Positions 48,812-58,475 of a stretch of 58,475 nucleotides of DNA are shown in pieces. Origin of the DNA: an uncultured Bacilli bacterium (GTDB lineage: Bacteria; Bacillota_I; Bacilli_A; RF39; UBA660); contig CANPXU010000005.1 in NCBI GenBank assembly GCA_947586825.1, positions 1 to 58,475 of the forward strand. The letters run 5' to 3'. How positions within the stretch are numbered: position 1 is the stretch's first letter; every line of letters begins with the position of its first letter. The position numbers were made by a program, and so were the translations under genes. The notes under the pieces were generated by a model, which searched no databases, had not been told where the DNA came from, and was given only the letters and a program-made list of their open reading frames with translations.

Positions 48812-50119
48812 ATGCAAACTGTATGTTTAATTGGTAAACCTAATGTCGGAAAAAGTACCATATTTAATCGTCTTATCAAAGAGAAAAAGGCGATTATTTT
48901 GGATACACCCGGTGTTACAAGAGATAGAATATATGGAACAGTAAATTATAATAATAAATCTTTTAGATTAATAGATACTGGTGGTATTACTCTAGAGGAT
49001 GGCACTTTTGCTAAAGACATTCTAATGCAAGCTACTTTGGCTATTGATGAAGCCGATATTATCCTTTTTGTAACCGATGGTCTTGCCGAAATTGATAATG
49101 AAGATAAGATGATTCAAAGTATGCTTCATAAAGCAAATAAAAAAGTTATTGTGGTTGTTAATAAACTTGATAATGAAAAAAGAAAAGAAAATATTTATAA
49201 CTTTTATGAACTAGGCTTTGAAAATGTTATTGCTTTATCAGCTGAACATAATATGGGCTTTAATAAGCTTTTAGATATGATTTGTGAAAATCTTCCTGAG
49301 GAAGAACCAGTCGAAGATAAAACCCTAAAGTTCTGCTTTTTAGGAAGACCTAATGTTGGTAAAAGTAGTTTAATTAATGCCTTATTAAATGAAGAAAGAT
49401 TAATTGTATCTAATGTATCCGGGACAACACTTGATGCTATAGATACTAAGTTTAAATATAATGGAGAAGAGTATACTTTAATCGATACCGCGGGCATGCG
49501 TAAAAAAGGTCGTATCTATGAAAATATTGAAAAGTATAGTTTTTTACGAAGCTTAAAAGCCATTGATCGAAGTGATGTATGTGTACTTGTAGTTGATGCT
49601 GAAGCCGGCATTATGGAACATGATAAACATATATTATCTTATGCTTTAGAATCAGGTAAAGCGGTAGTTATCGCGGTTAATAAATGGGATACCATTGAAA
49701 ATCCTAATGAAGCTATTAAGGACTGGAAAATAAAAATGGAAAATAATTTCCAATTTGCTCGTTTTGCTAAAGTTATCTTTGTATCGGCCAAAACACGAAA
49801 AAGATTAAAAGAATTAATGGATGCGATAATCAAGGCTTATGATAATACAATTCAAATGCTTCCAACCTCAGTCTTAAATGATGTTATCTTGGAAGCTGTT
49901 GGAACGCATATGCCTCCTTCATATAAAGGCCAAAGACTTAAAATATATTATGCCCATCAAACGGGATATATGCCGCCGAAGATTACTTTTGAAGTTAATA
50001 ATAAAAGGCTAGTACACTTTTCTTATGAAAGGTATTTAGAAAACGAAATAAGGAAAAGTTTTGATTTGGAAGGTACGCCAATTATCTTGCAATTTAAAAA
50101 TAAAAATGATGATGAATAG
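48812..50119 (+). CDS. der: Ribosome biogenesis GTPase Der
   Basis: Two G domains (GKPNVGKS, GRPNVGKS) and a KH-like C-terminus. Confidence 0.97.
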   Translation: MQTVCLIGKPNVGKSTIFNRLIKEKKAIILDTPGVTRDRIYGTVNYNNKSFRLIDTGGITLEDGTFAKDILMQATLAIDEADIILFVTDGLAEIDNEDKMIQSMLHKANKKVIVVVNKLDNEKRKENIYNFYELGFENVIALSAEHNMGFNKLLDMICENLPEEEPVEDKTLKFCFLGRPNVGKSSLINALLNEERLIVSNVSGTTLDAIDTKFKYNGEEYTLIDTAGMRKKGRIYENIEKYSFLRSLKAIDRSDVCVLVVDAEAGIMEHDKHILSYALESGKAVVIAVNKWDTIENPNEAIKDWKIKMENNFQFARFAKVIFVSAKTRKRLKELMDAIIKAYDNTIQMLPTSVLNDVILEAVGTHMPPSYKGQRLKIYYAHQTGYMPPKITFEVNNKRLVHFSYERYLENEIRKSFDLEGTPIILQFKNKNDDE

Positions 50120-50233
50120 GAAGTTTTTTATAGCTTCCTTTTTTGTATAATTTTCATAAGTAAAATTTTGTAAAATTAGTTTACTTATCAATAAATAAAA
50201 ACTATAATAAACATTAAATTTGGAGGGACGTTT

Positions 50234-52489
50234 ATGAATCACATACCCGTATTTATCTTAAATGAACTTGTAATCCTTCCTGGACAAGAAATTAAAATTG
50301 ATCTTAGTAATGAGATGAGTAAAAAAATCATCAAGTTCGCGAGTAAAAATAATGATAATCGGGTATTAGTTATTGCTCCCAAAAATCCTTTAGAATCTGA
50401 TCCTTCTTTTGAAGATTTACCTTCTATTGGGGTTATCGCTCGTATCAAAAGTAAAATAGAGCTTTCTTCAGGCAATCTTCGTATTGTTTTAAAAGGCTTA
50501 AATAGAGTAAAAATAGAGAAGTATTTTCAAAATTATTCGACTGGTATAATTAAGTGTTCTTATTCGGAAGTTGAACTACCTAAATTTGATGCTAAAAGAA
50601 AGACTGCCGTTCAAAGAAAATTACTTTCTTCTTTAAAAGAATATATTGATACAAATAAAAGTATTTCTAATAGTATCTTAAATGGTATCGATGAGACTAG
50701 TGATCTAGATACAATTACCGATATGATTACGACTTTTATGCCTAATAGTTTTGCTAAAAAGCTTGAGTATATGGAGTGTATTAATCCTCTTACAAGAGCT
50801 ACTAAGCTTATTGAAGATCTCGAGGGTGAGATAAGTTTTGCTATGCTTGATAAAGAGCTAGAGGAAAAACTCCAAGAAAACTTAGAAAATGGGCAAAGAG
50901 AATACCTATTAAAAGAAAAATTAAAAGAAATAAATAAAGCATTAGGTAATACTAAAGAAGAGGAAATTAGTGCTTTAGAGGATGCTATAAATAGTATTGG
51001 CTTTTCGGAAAAAACCGCTGAAAAGCTATTAAATGAAGTAAAAAAATATGGTACATCTTCCGAGTATAGTCCTGAAAGTTCGGTTATTAAAAACTACTTA
51101 GATACCGTTTTATCTTTACCATGGCGTAAATACTCTAAAGAAAATTTAGATGCTAAAAAGATAGAGGAAGCTTTAAATGCTACCCACTATGGACTAAAAG
51201 AAGTTAAAGAAAGAATTATAGAATATGCTCATTTAAAGAGTATTAATCCTTCCCTTAAAGCTCCTGTAATATGCCTTTTGGGCCCTCCGGGTGTTGGTAA
51301 AACTTCGATTGCTATGTCGATTGCTAAAGCTTTAAATAGGGAATTTTATAAGATAAGTGTTGGTGGCTTAAATGATTCTACCGAGTTAATTGGCTCACGT
51401 CGTACTTACTTAGGAGCTGCACCTGGTAAAATTATTCAAGCAATTATTAAGTGTAAAGTTAATAATCCTGTTTTACTTATTGATGAAGTAGATAAAATGG
51501 TTAAAGATTATAAGGGTGATCCAGCATCAACGATGCTTGAAATTTTAGATGAAACGCAAAATAAATTCTTCGTTGATAACTATATCGAAGAAGCTTTTGA
51601 TTTGTCACATGTTATGTTTATCTTAACTGCTAACGATATGGCTGGTATACCGGCAACTTTACTTGATAGACTTGAGGTTATTCCTCTTGGTAGTTATACA
51701 GTTTATGAAAAAATTGATATTGCTCGTAACTATATTCTAAAAAATATTTTGGAAGAGTATAAAAGCGATTTAAAAGTTAATAAAGACGTCTTAGAGTATA
51801 TAGTGCAAAACTATACAAAAGAGGCGGGTGTAAGAGAACTTAAACGAATTTTAGAAAAGCTAGTTCGTAAAGTAACTGTCTATGAAAAAGATTATAAGAG
51901 TATTACGTCTAGTCTTGCTAATAAATATCTTGGTAAAACCATTGATGAATACTTACCTAAGATTAGAGATTATGGCATAACTAATACTTTGGCATATACT
52001 AGTGTAGGTGGGCTTATCTCCCATGTTGAAGTAGCAAAGCATAAAGGTAGTGGTAAAATTTCGATTACGGGTAGTGCAGGTGACGTGTTAAAAGAAAGTG
52101 CTGAAGTAGCCCAAGGTTATATAGCATCTGCTTATGATATAAATGTTAATGATTATGATATAAATATTCATTTTATAAATGGAGCTCAAAAGAAAGATGG
52201 ACCTAGTGCGGGTGTATCAATTACGGTAGCTATGCTATCTTGCTATTTAAACCGTGTTGTTGATGGTGATATAGCTTTTACTGGTGAGATAACCTTAAAA
52301 GGAGATATTTTACCTATCGGAGGCTTAAAAGAAAAATTAATTGAAGCCTCACTCAAGGGCATAAAGACGGTATTTATACCACGAGCTAATGAACTAGATC
52401 TTACGGATGTGCCAATGAATGTCTTTAATGATATTGACCTAAAGCTAGTAAGTAACTTTAGCGAAATATATGATGTCCTTTTTAGATAA
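50234..52489 (+). CDS. lon: Lon protease
   Basis: GPPGVGKTS, IDEVDK, KDGPSAG (Ser), PIGGLKEK (Lys). Confidence 0.95.
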   Translation: MNHIPVFILNELVILPGQEIKIDLSNEMSKKIIKFASKNNDNRVLVIAPKNPLESDPSFEDLPSIGVIARIKSKIELSSGNLRIVLKGLNRVKIEKYFQNYSTGIIKCSYSEVELPKFDAKRKTAVQRKLLSSLKEYIDTNKSISNSILNGIDETSDLDTITDMITTFMPNSFAKKLEYMECINPLTRATKLIEDLEGEISFAMLDKELEEKLQENLENGQREYLLKEKLKEINKALGNTKEEEISALEDAINSIGFSEKTAEKLLNEVKKYGTSSEYSPESSVIKNYLDTVLSLPWRKYSKENLDAKKIEEALNATHYGLKEVKERIIEYAHLKSINPSLKAPVICLLGPPGVGKTSIAMSIAKALNREFYKISVGGLNDSTELIGSRRTYLGAAPGKIIQAIIKCKVNNPVLLIDEVDKMVKDYKGDPASTMLEILDETQNKFFVDNYIEEAFDLSHVMFILTANDMAGIPATLLDRLEVIPLGSYTVYEKIDIARNYILKNILEEYKSDLKVNKDVLEYIVQNYTKEAGVRELKRILEKLVRKVTVYEKDYKSITSSLANKYLGKTIDEYLPKIRDYGITNTLAYTSVGGLISHVEVAKHKGSGKISITGSAGDVLKESAEVAQGYIASAYDINVNDYDINIHFINGAQKKDGPSAGVSITVAMLSCYLNRVVDGDIAFTGEITLKGDILPIGGLKEKLIEASLKGIKTVFIPRANELDLTDVPMNVFNDIDLKLVSNFSEIYDVLFR

Positions 52490-52524
52490 ATATGGTATAA
52501 TTTCTTTGAAAGTTTAAAACGGAT

Positions 52525-53253
52525 GTGAAACTTATGAATATAAAAGATATTAATTATTTAGATTATGGGACTAATATCGAAGGTGTCATTGTTTTACTTC
52601 ATGGCTGGGGCCAAAATGTAGAAATGATGGATATGCTAGGCAGACCCTTTTCTAAAAGATTTCGAATTATAAATATTGATTTGCCGGGTTTTGGTAAATC
52701 ACCAGAGCCTCCGATTCCTTGGACAGTCGAGGACTATGCGAAAAAAGTTAATGATTTACTAAAATCTTTAAAAGTAAAAGATCCTATTTTAATTGGTCAT
52801 TCCTTCGGGGGAAGAATATCTATTTGTTATGCTGCCAAATATGGGGCAAGTAAAGTAGTGCTTCTTTCTTCACCATTTAGACCTGGTAAAGCCAAGGTAA
52901 ATATTAAAGTTAAAATCTATAATTTTATTAAGAAGATTAAGCTATTAAAACCCCTTGCTAATTATTTAAGAAATAAATGGGGCTCTACGGATTATAAAAA
53001 TGCTAGTGAAATTACCCGTGGTACTCTTGTTAAAGTTGTAAATGAGGATTTAAGCGATTATGCTAAAGAGATAAAAGCTCCTGTATTACTTATCTATGGT
53101 AAAGATGATAAAGATGTACCTATTGAAGAAGCAAGAGAACTAGAAAAGCTAATTGAAGACTGTGGCCTTATTGAATATGAAAATGCCCATCATTATGCTT
53201 ATTTAGAAAAACTTAATGATACGATTGCAATTCTTAATAATTTTTGGGAATAG
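52525..53253 (+). CDS. Alpha/beta-fold hydrolase
   Basis: LHGWG, DLPGFG, GHSFGG. Confidence 0.9.
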   Translation: MKLMNIKDINYLDYGTNIEGVIVLLHGWGQNVEMMDMLGRPFSKRFRIINIDLPGFGKSPEPPIPWTVEDYAKKVNDLLKSLKVKDPILIGHSFGGRISICYAAKYGASKVVLLSSPFRPGKAKVNIKVKIYNFIKKIKLLKPLANYLRNKWGSTDYKNASEITRGTLVKVVNEDLSDYAKEIKAPVLLIYGKDDKDVPIEEARELEKLIEDCGLIEYENAHHYAYLEKLNDTIAILNNFWE

Positions 53254-53265
53254 GATGGTGATAGT

Positions 53266-54858
53266 GTGAACTTAGCGATAGTAATTATACTTTCTAATTT
53301 ATTACTATTTGTTTCATCTTTGTATTATTTTTTAATGCTTCAACAAAATAGTTATAATGAAAATAAGAAATATTTTCATTTTATTAATGATGATGTTTTA
53401 TATAAGTATGCCACCATATATATTTTTATGTTGGTATTTTCCTTTTTGCTGGTAATATATGAGGATTTTCCTCTTTATCTATTAATATTTTATATTATTT
53501 CAATATTAATATTAATTCTTTCATTTATTAAAATATATAAAGCTCATAATAAGAAATTACCTCTTAAAATAACATCTAGAGTTAAACGAATCATGGCTTT
53601 AGATTATACTTTATTTATTGTATATGAACTAATAATGTATTTTCTTATTAAACAGACTGTATCATATGCGGGATCCGTTTTAATGTATATTGCTTTTCAT
53701 CCCTATATTCTTATTATAGTGGTATTATTACTTACACCCGTGGAAAAGATGATCTTTAATCACTATAAGAAGGAAGCTTTAGCAAAACTTAATAAAATGC
53801 CCAATTTAAAGGTTATCGGTATCACAGGATCATTTGGTAAAACTAGTACCAAAATGATATTAAATACGATCTTAAATACTACTTATAAGGGCTTTTGTAC
53901 CCCGGCATCTTTTAACACACCAAATGGCCTTTTAATTACAATTAATAAAGAAAAGACCATCTTTAACGATTATTTTATAAGTGAGATGGGGGCTAAAAAG
54001 GTTGGCGAAATTAAAGAGCTTTGTGATTTAGTATATCCTAAATATGGAATATTAACTTCAATTGGTCCTGCTCATTTAGAAACCTTTAAATCGCTTGAGA
54101 ATATTCAAAAGACCAAGTTTGAATTAATTGAGTCACTTCCAAGTGATGGTATAGCTATTCTTAATAAAGATGATGAATATCAAAGAAATTATAAATTAAA
54201 GAATAAAGTAAAAACGATTTGGATTGGTATTGAAAATGAAGCTGACGTTATGGCTAAAGATATTAAAGTAACAAGTAGTGGAACGACATTCAAGATTTAT
54301 TTTAAAGAGGGTAAACGTAGTATTGAAGTATCGACAATTCTTTTGGGTAATAAAAATATTTATAATATTCTATCGGCCTGTGCTTTAGCTAGTGCTCTAG
54401 GGGTCGATGATAAAGCTTTAGTACGTGGCGTTAAAGAAATTAAACCTATTAGTCATCGTTTAGAGATTAAAAATGTTGGCAATATGACAATCATTGATGA
54501 TTCGTTTAACTCCAATCCCGTGGGAGCCAAAAATGCCGTTGATGTTCTAGCTTTATTTAACACGAAAAAAATTATTATTACACCAGGCATGATAGAAATG
54601 GGCCAAAAACAAGAAGAGCTTAATAAGACCTTTGGCACTCAAATATCTAAAGTTGCGGATGAAGTTTATCTAATTGGGCCAAAACAAACCAAACCAATTT
54701 ATGATGGCCTTACTCAAGAAGGCTACAAAGAAGAAAATATTAAAGTAAAAAATTCCTTTAATGAAGCTTTTGATGAAGTTAAAGCTTCCAATGGAAATAA
54801 AAATATTACCGTACTATTTGAAAATGATTTACCAGATAGTTATATGGAGGGAAAGTAA
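53266..54858 (+). CDS. murF: MurF-type Mur ligase with an N-terminal membrane domain
   Basis: GITGSFGKTSTK, SFNTPNG, EMGA, DDSFNSNP, TPGMIEMG. Confidence 0.85.
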   Translation: MNLAIVIILSNLLLFVSSLYYFLMLQQNSYNENKKYFHFINDDVLYKYATIYIFMLVFSFLLVIYEDFPLYLLIFYIISILILILSFIKIYKAHNKKLPLKITSRVKRIMALDYTLFIVYELIMYFLIKQTVSYAGSVLMYIAFHPYILIIVVLLLTPVEKMIFNHYKKEALAKLNKMPNLKVIGITGSFGKTSTKMILNTILNTTYKGFCTPASFNTPNGLLITINKEKTIFNDYFISEMGAKKVGEIKELCDLVYPKYGILTSIGPAHLETFKSLENIQKTKFELIESLPSDGIAILNKDDEYQRNYKLKNKVKTIWIGIENEADVMAKDIKVTSSGTTFKIYFKEGKRSIEVSTILLGNKNIYNILSACALASALGVDDKALVRGVKEIKPISHRLEIKNVGNMTIIDDSFNSNPVGAKNAVDVLALFNTKKIIITPGMIEMGQKQEELNKTFGTQISKVADEVYLIGPKQTKPIYDGLTQEGYKEENIKVKNSFNEAFDEVKASNGNKNITVLFENDLPDSYMEGK

Positions 54859-54861
54859 ATT

Positions 54862-56025
54862 ATGAAATTAAATATTGGATTTATATTCGGAGGTAATTCA
54901 ACAGAACATGAAATAAGCATTATATCGGCGATCCAAGCCATAAATAATATGGACACCGATAAATATAATGTTATTCCTATTTATTTATCAAAAGATAGTA
55001 AATTATACTATAGTGAAGAGTATAAAAAAGTAGAAGTATTTAGAGATTTAAAAGCAGCCATAAAGCTTGGAACCGAAGTTTTACTTACTAAAAAAGATGG
55101 AGAACTTGTCTTAATTAAAGATTCATTCCCATTTAAAGTATTAAAGAAGATTGATGTAATGTTCCCTGTTTTACATGGTTATAATACCGAAGATGGTACA
55201 ATCGCCGGCTTTTTAGAAATGCTTGGTGTTCCTTATTGCGAAAGTGATATTTATGCTTCAACAATAGGTCAAGATAAGATTTTACAAAAAATGGTTTTAA
55301 AAGAATCTGGTGTAAGAGTATGTGATTATCGATACTTTTATGAAAGTGACTACCAAAAAGATCAAGATAAAGTTTTAAAGATGGTTATGGAAATACCTTT
55401 TCCTTTGATTATTAAACCATCACGTCAAGGAAGTAGTGTAGGAATTGGTGTTGCTCATAATAAAGAAGAACTTATTAAGAAAATTGAAGAAGCTTTAGAA
55501 TATGATGAAAAAATTCTTGTTGAAGAAGTAGTAGAGGACTTAAAAGAATTAAATATCTCTGTTTTAGGAGACAATACTTCATATGAACTATCGGATATTG
55601 AAGAAGTTTATGGTAGTGATGAAATACTTTCTTATAAAGATAAATATATGAGTGGCGGCAAGGGTGCAAGCAAAGGCATGGCTTCTACAGGCCGTAAGAT
55701 TCCCGCAGATTTGGATAAAAAGATCAAAGAAGAAATGGAAGATATGGCTTTAAAAGCTGCTCGTGCACTAAATATATCTGGTGTTGTTCGTATTGACTTT
55801 ATGCTTGATCGCAAAACAAATAAACTTTATTTAAATGAACTTAATATTATCCCAGGATCTTTATCTTTCTACCTATGGAAGACCAAAGGAATAGAGTATA
55901 AAGACTTACTTGATAAGATTATAAATGTTGGAATTAAAAAGTTCCAAAATAAAGATAAGAAGCTATCTTCATTTGAAACTAATGTCTTAGAAAGCTTTAA
56001 TGGCACTAAAGGTGTTAAAAAATAA
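54862..56025 (+). CDS. ddl: D-alanine--D-alanine ligase
   Basis: GGNSTEHEIS, FPVLHG..TEDG, KPSRQGSSVG, RIDF, NELNIIPG. Confidence 0.9.
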   Translation: MKLNIGFIFGGNSTEHEISIISAIQAINNMDTDKYNVIPIYLSKDSKLYYSEEYKKVEVFRDLKAAIKLGTEVLLTKKDGELVLIKDSFPFKVLKKIDVMFPVLHGYNTEDGTIAGFLEMLGVPYCESDIYASTIGQDKILQKMVLKESGVRVCDYRYFYESDYQKDQDKVLKMVMEIPFPLIIKPSRQGSSVGIGVAHNKEELIKKIEEALEYDEKILVEEVVEDLKELNISVLGDNTSYELSDIEEVYGSDEILSYKDKYMSGGKGASKGMASTGRKIPADLDKKIKEEMEDMALKAARALNISGVVRIDFMLDRKTNKLYLNELNIIPGSLSFYLWKTKGIEYKDLLDKIINVGIKKFQNKDKKLSSFETNVLESFNGTKGVKK

Positions 56026-56079
56026 TTGACAAGAATATAAATATTTGATATGATTTTCCTCCTAACAAGGAGGAATGGT

Positions 56080-56550
56080 ATGAATTATTTCTTAGTACTT
56101 GAAAAAAGGCCTAAAGATTTTATGCCTATTAATATAGGAATAATTTCTAAAGATGATAACCATAACTATTCTTCTTTACAAAGTATTGATGAGTTTACCC
56201 GAAGATATACCGAAGAAGAAATAAGAGATTTAATTAAAGAAAATAATATTGTGACAGATGATTACTTAAATGGTACTTTATGCGTAATAAATGAAAATAA
56301 GTATCGTTATAAATTATTTACTAAAGATATAGACATGAGCATGGATACCTTTTTAATAAAGAATATCAAGAATAAACAAATAATGAATAAATTTATAAAT
56401 ATTTATATTAAATATTCTAATGATAATACTTCATTATTAAAAGAAGCTATTAAAAATGAACAGCTAGATGTGATATTACAATTATTATTTTCTCTAGATT
56501 ATGAAAAAATAAGAGGCATCTATTTTTACTTATTTGAGAATTGTAAGTAA
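56080..56550 (+). CDS. Hypothetical protein
   Basis: SD AGGAGG before ATG 56080. Confidence 0.6.
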   Translation: MNYFLVLEKRPKDFMPINIGIISKDDNHNYSSLQSIDEFTRRYTEEEIRDLIKENNIVTDDYLNGTLCVINENKYRYKLFTKDIDMSMDTFLIKNIKNKQIMNKFINIYIKYSNDNTSLLKEAIKNEQLDVILQLLFSLDYEKIRGIYFYLFENCK

Positions 56551-56633
56551 AATAGATGTTTTTTAATTGCCACTTTACTTGAATATAATATAAATAGTAG
56601 ATATAATATTATTAGAGGATTCTAGGTGATAAT

Positions 56634-57776
56634 ATGAAAAAGAACCAAGAAGTTGATAAACAGAGTTTAAATGAACTTATTCATTTATCAAAGAACTTAT
56701 TAAGAGTTTTTTATATAATGTTAATAATATCCATCGTATTTGTCGTATTCTTTCTTTGTAAACAAGCTGGTATTTTTCCTGCGATTGAAGGAATGCTTGG
56801 GGTTATATCTCCCTTATTCGTTGGATTTGTAATTGCTTGGTTATTCTATCCTTTACAAAAGAAACTCGTAGATAAGAAATTTAATAAAGTAGCAAGTGCT
56901 ATTATGATTTTTATCTTCATTATAGCTATTCTGGCTTTCTTCTTATATTTCTTTATGCCAATTTTATATGAACAAGTTAGTGATTTTGCTGAATATATAA
57001 CTAAAGTAATTCCTGATGTTACTAAATGGGCTACTGATTTAATTAATAAGATTAATATCAAAGGTATTGATGTAACATCGATAAAAGATGGTATTGTTAA
57101 CGCAGTAAAAGATTTTGTCCTTAATATAGCAAATGATTTACCAGGTAGTATTATTGATATTGTTAAAGGCTTAGTATCTGCAGTCGGCGTCATTATTATG
57201 AGCCTTATCATTGGCCTTTATATGTTAATCGATTTTGAAAATATTACAAAAAACTTCTATAAGGTATTGCCTAAAAAGAATCATGAAGATTATGTTAATT
57301 TATTTCAAAGAATAGGCACTGAAGCTCGTAAGGTAATAAATGGTACTTTATTCGTAGCCTTTATCGTCTTTGTCTTTGACACCATTGGCTTTATGGTCAT
57401 TGGCTTAAAGAGCTCAGTATTATTTGGTTTATTCTGCGGTATTACGGATTTAATTCCTTATATTGGCCCATATATTGGTGGGGCAGCAGCGACTATCGTA
57501 GGATTTACCCAAGGCCCTATCATTGGTGTAGGTACATTGGTAATTGCGATTATTGTTCAATTCGTTGAAAGCTACGTACTACAACCACTTGTTATGAGCA
57601 AAGCAATGCAATTAAATCCCGTTGTTATAATAGTAGGTCTATTAATATTTGCACACTTCTTTGGTATTCTGGGAATGGTTATAGCTACACCATGTATTGC
57701 TATTATAAAAGAAATAATACTATTTGTAAGAAGGAAGAATGTCGATGGAAAAAGAAGAAAAGTTAATCAAGAATAA
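56634..57776 (+). CDS. AI-2E family transporter
   Basis: DLIPYIGPYIG, QFVESYVLQP, NPVVII. Confidence 0.9.
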   Translation: MKKNQEVDKQSLNELIHLSKNLLRVFYIMLIISIVFVVFFLCKQAGIFPAIEGMLGVISPLFVGFVIAWLFYPLQKKLVDKKFNKVASAIMIFIFIIAILAFFLYFFMPILYEQVSDFAEYITKVIPDVTKWATDLINKINIKGIDVTSIKDGIVNAVKDFVLNIANDLPGSIIDIVKGLVSAVGVIIMSLIIGLYMLIDFENITKNFYKVLPKKNHEDYVNLFQRIGTEARKVINGTLFVAFIVFVFDTIGFMVIGLKSSVLFGLFCGITDLIPYIGPYIGGAAATIVGFTQGPIIGVGTLVIAIIVQFVESYVLQPLVMSKAMQLNPVVIIVGLLIFAHFFGILGMVIATPCIAIIKEIILFVRRKNVDGKRRKVNQE

Positions 57777-58395
57777 AATGTCTATAGCATCTATTGTAGC
57801 AAGTGTAATGTTATTATCAATTGTTTTATTAGGAGCCTCTTATGCTTTCTTTTCTGATCAAATGAATGGCACCGATGATTCACTTACCTTTGGAAACGGT
57901 CTTAATGTAAGCTTTACTCTTGATGCTGGTAATTCAATTGATTTTGATTTTAACCCTTTAGAAATGACTAATGCTACAGCTGATGGAACTCAGTATATTG
58001 ATAGTACTCCAGGAAATGGTACTGTAACGCTTGAAAATCACTCAGGCAAGCAAACAATTACTTGTGAATATGAAGTCTGGTATAAAGCTTTATCCACTTT
58101 TGAAAATAAAGACAAGAAAAAAGACATTTCTTTAATAACTCAAATAACTTCAGAAAATGATACAGAAAATGAAGTTAATTTAAATGAGGTAGCTGTTAAT
58201 TCGGATAGAAAAATCTCTGATGAGTATATTACTGTAAATGGCGTTAATGCGACAGCAACGCAAAAGTGGACTTTTAAATTTAGACACTTCATTTTACCTG
58301 ACGTAAATCAAAATGAACACTTAGGACAATCTTTTAGCGGTCAAGTGTATTTTAAAGCAAAGAAATGTTATGAGGGAACTAAAGCTAGCAGTTAA
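57739..58395 (+). CDS. SipW/TasA-type signal-peptide protein
   Basis: GASYAFFSD; ITCEY; NQ..HLGQSFSG...C; start ATG 57739 or 57745. Confidence 0.7.
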   Translation: MSMEKEEKLIKNKMSIASIVASVMLLSIVLLGASYAFFSDQMNGTDDSLTFGNGLNVSFTLDAGNSIDFDFNPLEMTNATADGTQYIDSTPGNGTVTLENHSGKQTITCEYEVWYKALSTFENKDKKKDISLITQITSENDTENEVNLNEVAVNSDRKISDEYITVNGVNATATQKWTFKFRHFILPDVNQNEHLGQSFSGQVYFKAKKCYEGTKASS

Positions 58396-58433
58396 TACTA
58401 AATTATATTACTTCACGTAAATTGACAGAGAAG

Positions 58434-58464
58434 AACGAGATTTTTACGAGAAAATCTTGTTTTT
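58434..58464 (+). terminator. Intrinsic terminator
   Basis: AACGAGATTTT / AAAATCTTGTT plus T run. Confidence 0.65.
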
Positions 58465-58475
58465 TTTTTTTTTTT

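Noticed and set aside
52525-56025. Alpha/beta hydrolase-murF-ddl cluster as a novel wall system
   Set aside because: This trio is a known conserved arrangement in other bacteria; nothing unusual seen
173-57211. Short antisense or nested ORFs in the ORF track (e.g. 173-367, 329-544, 2057-2245, 6264-6452, 6684-6974, 13533-13781, 13939-14280, 27097-27522, 39704-39979, 48222-48443, 56846-57211)
   Set aside because: They lie wholly or mostly within well-supported genes, lack SDs and motifs, and are typical shadow ORFs
58460-58475. 16-nt poly-T at the window end
   Set aside because: Terminator U-tract running into the window or contig edge; its length may be an assembly artefact

Overview
AT-rich (roughly 28-30% GC, estimated by eye) bacterial chromosomal segment, standard genetic code. 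Gene content (ruvA/ruvB, folD-glyA-thyX-tmk, rel-dtd, rplU-prp-rpmA, obg, engB, der, lon, murF-ddl, gerA-type operon, spoVB) points to a small-genome Bacillota, plausibly an uncultured gut Bacilli lineage such as RF39 (inference). I found no rRNA, tRNA, CRISPR array, integrase or prophage. Five accessory items stand out among the housekeeping genes. (1) About ten paralogous exported proteins with SipW/TasA-type N-termini (GATFAYF, SYAFF, SYGFY) in tandem arrays, one ending in a Hint autoprocessing domain. (2) A 735-aa membrane-anchored protein with a pilin-like head and 16 C-x(9-14)-C repeats. (3) An unannotated type I toxin-antitoxin-like locus at 9121-9621: a 28-aa hydrophobic ORF missed by the ORF track, facing a duplicated ~70-nt sRNA gene. 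(4) An Rpn-family nuclease followed by a free-standing copy of its own C-terminal segment. (5) A 36-bp upstream element shared by the Rpn gene and a Bro-N pseudogene 10 kb away. Family calls come from motif recognition only; no database searches were run.
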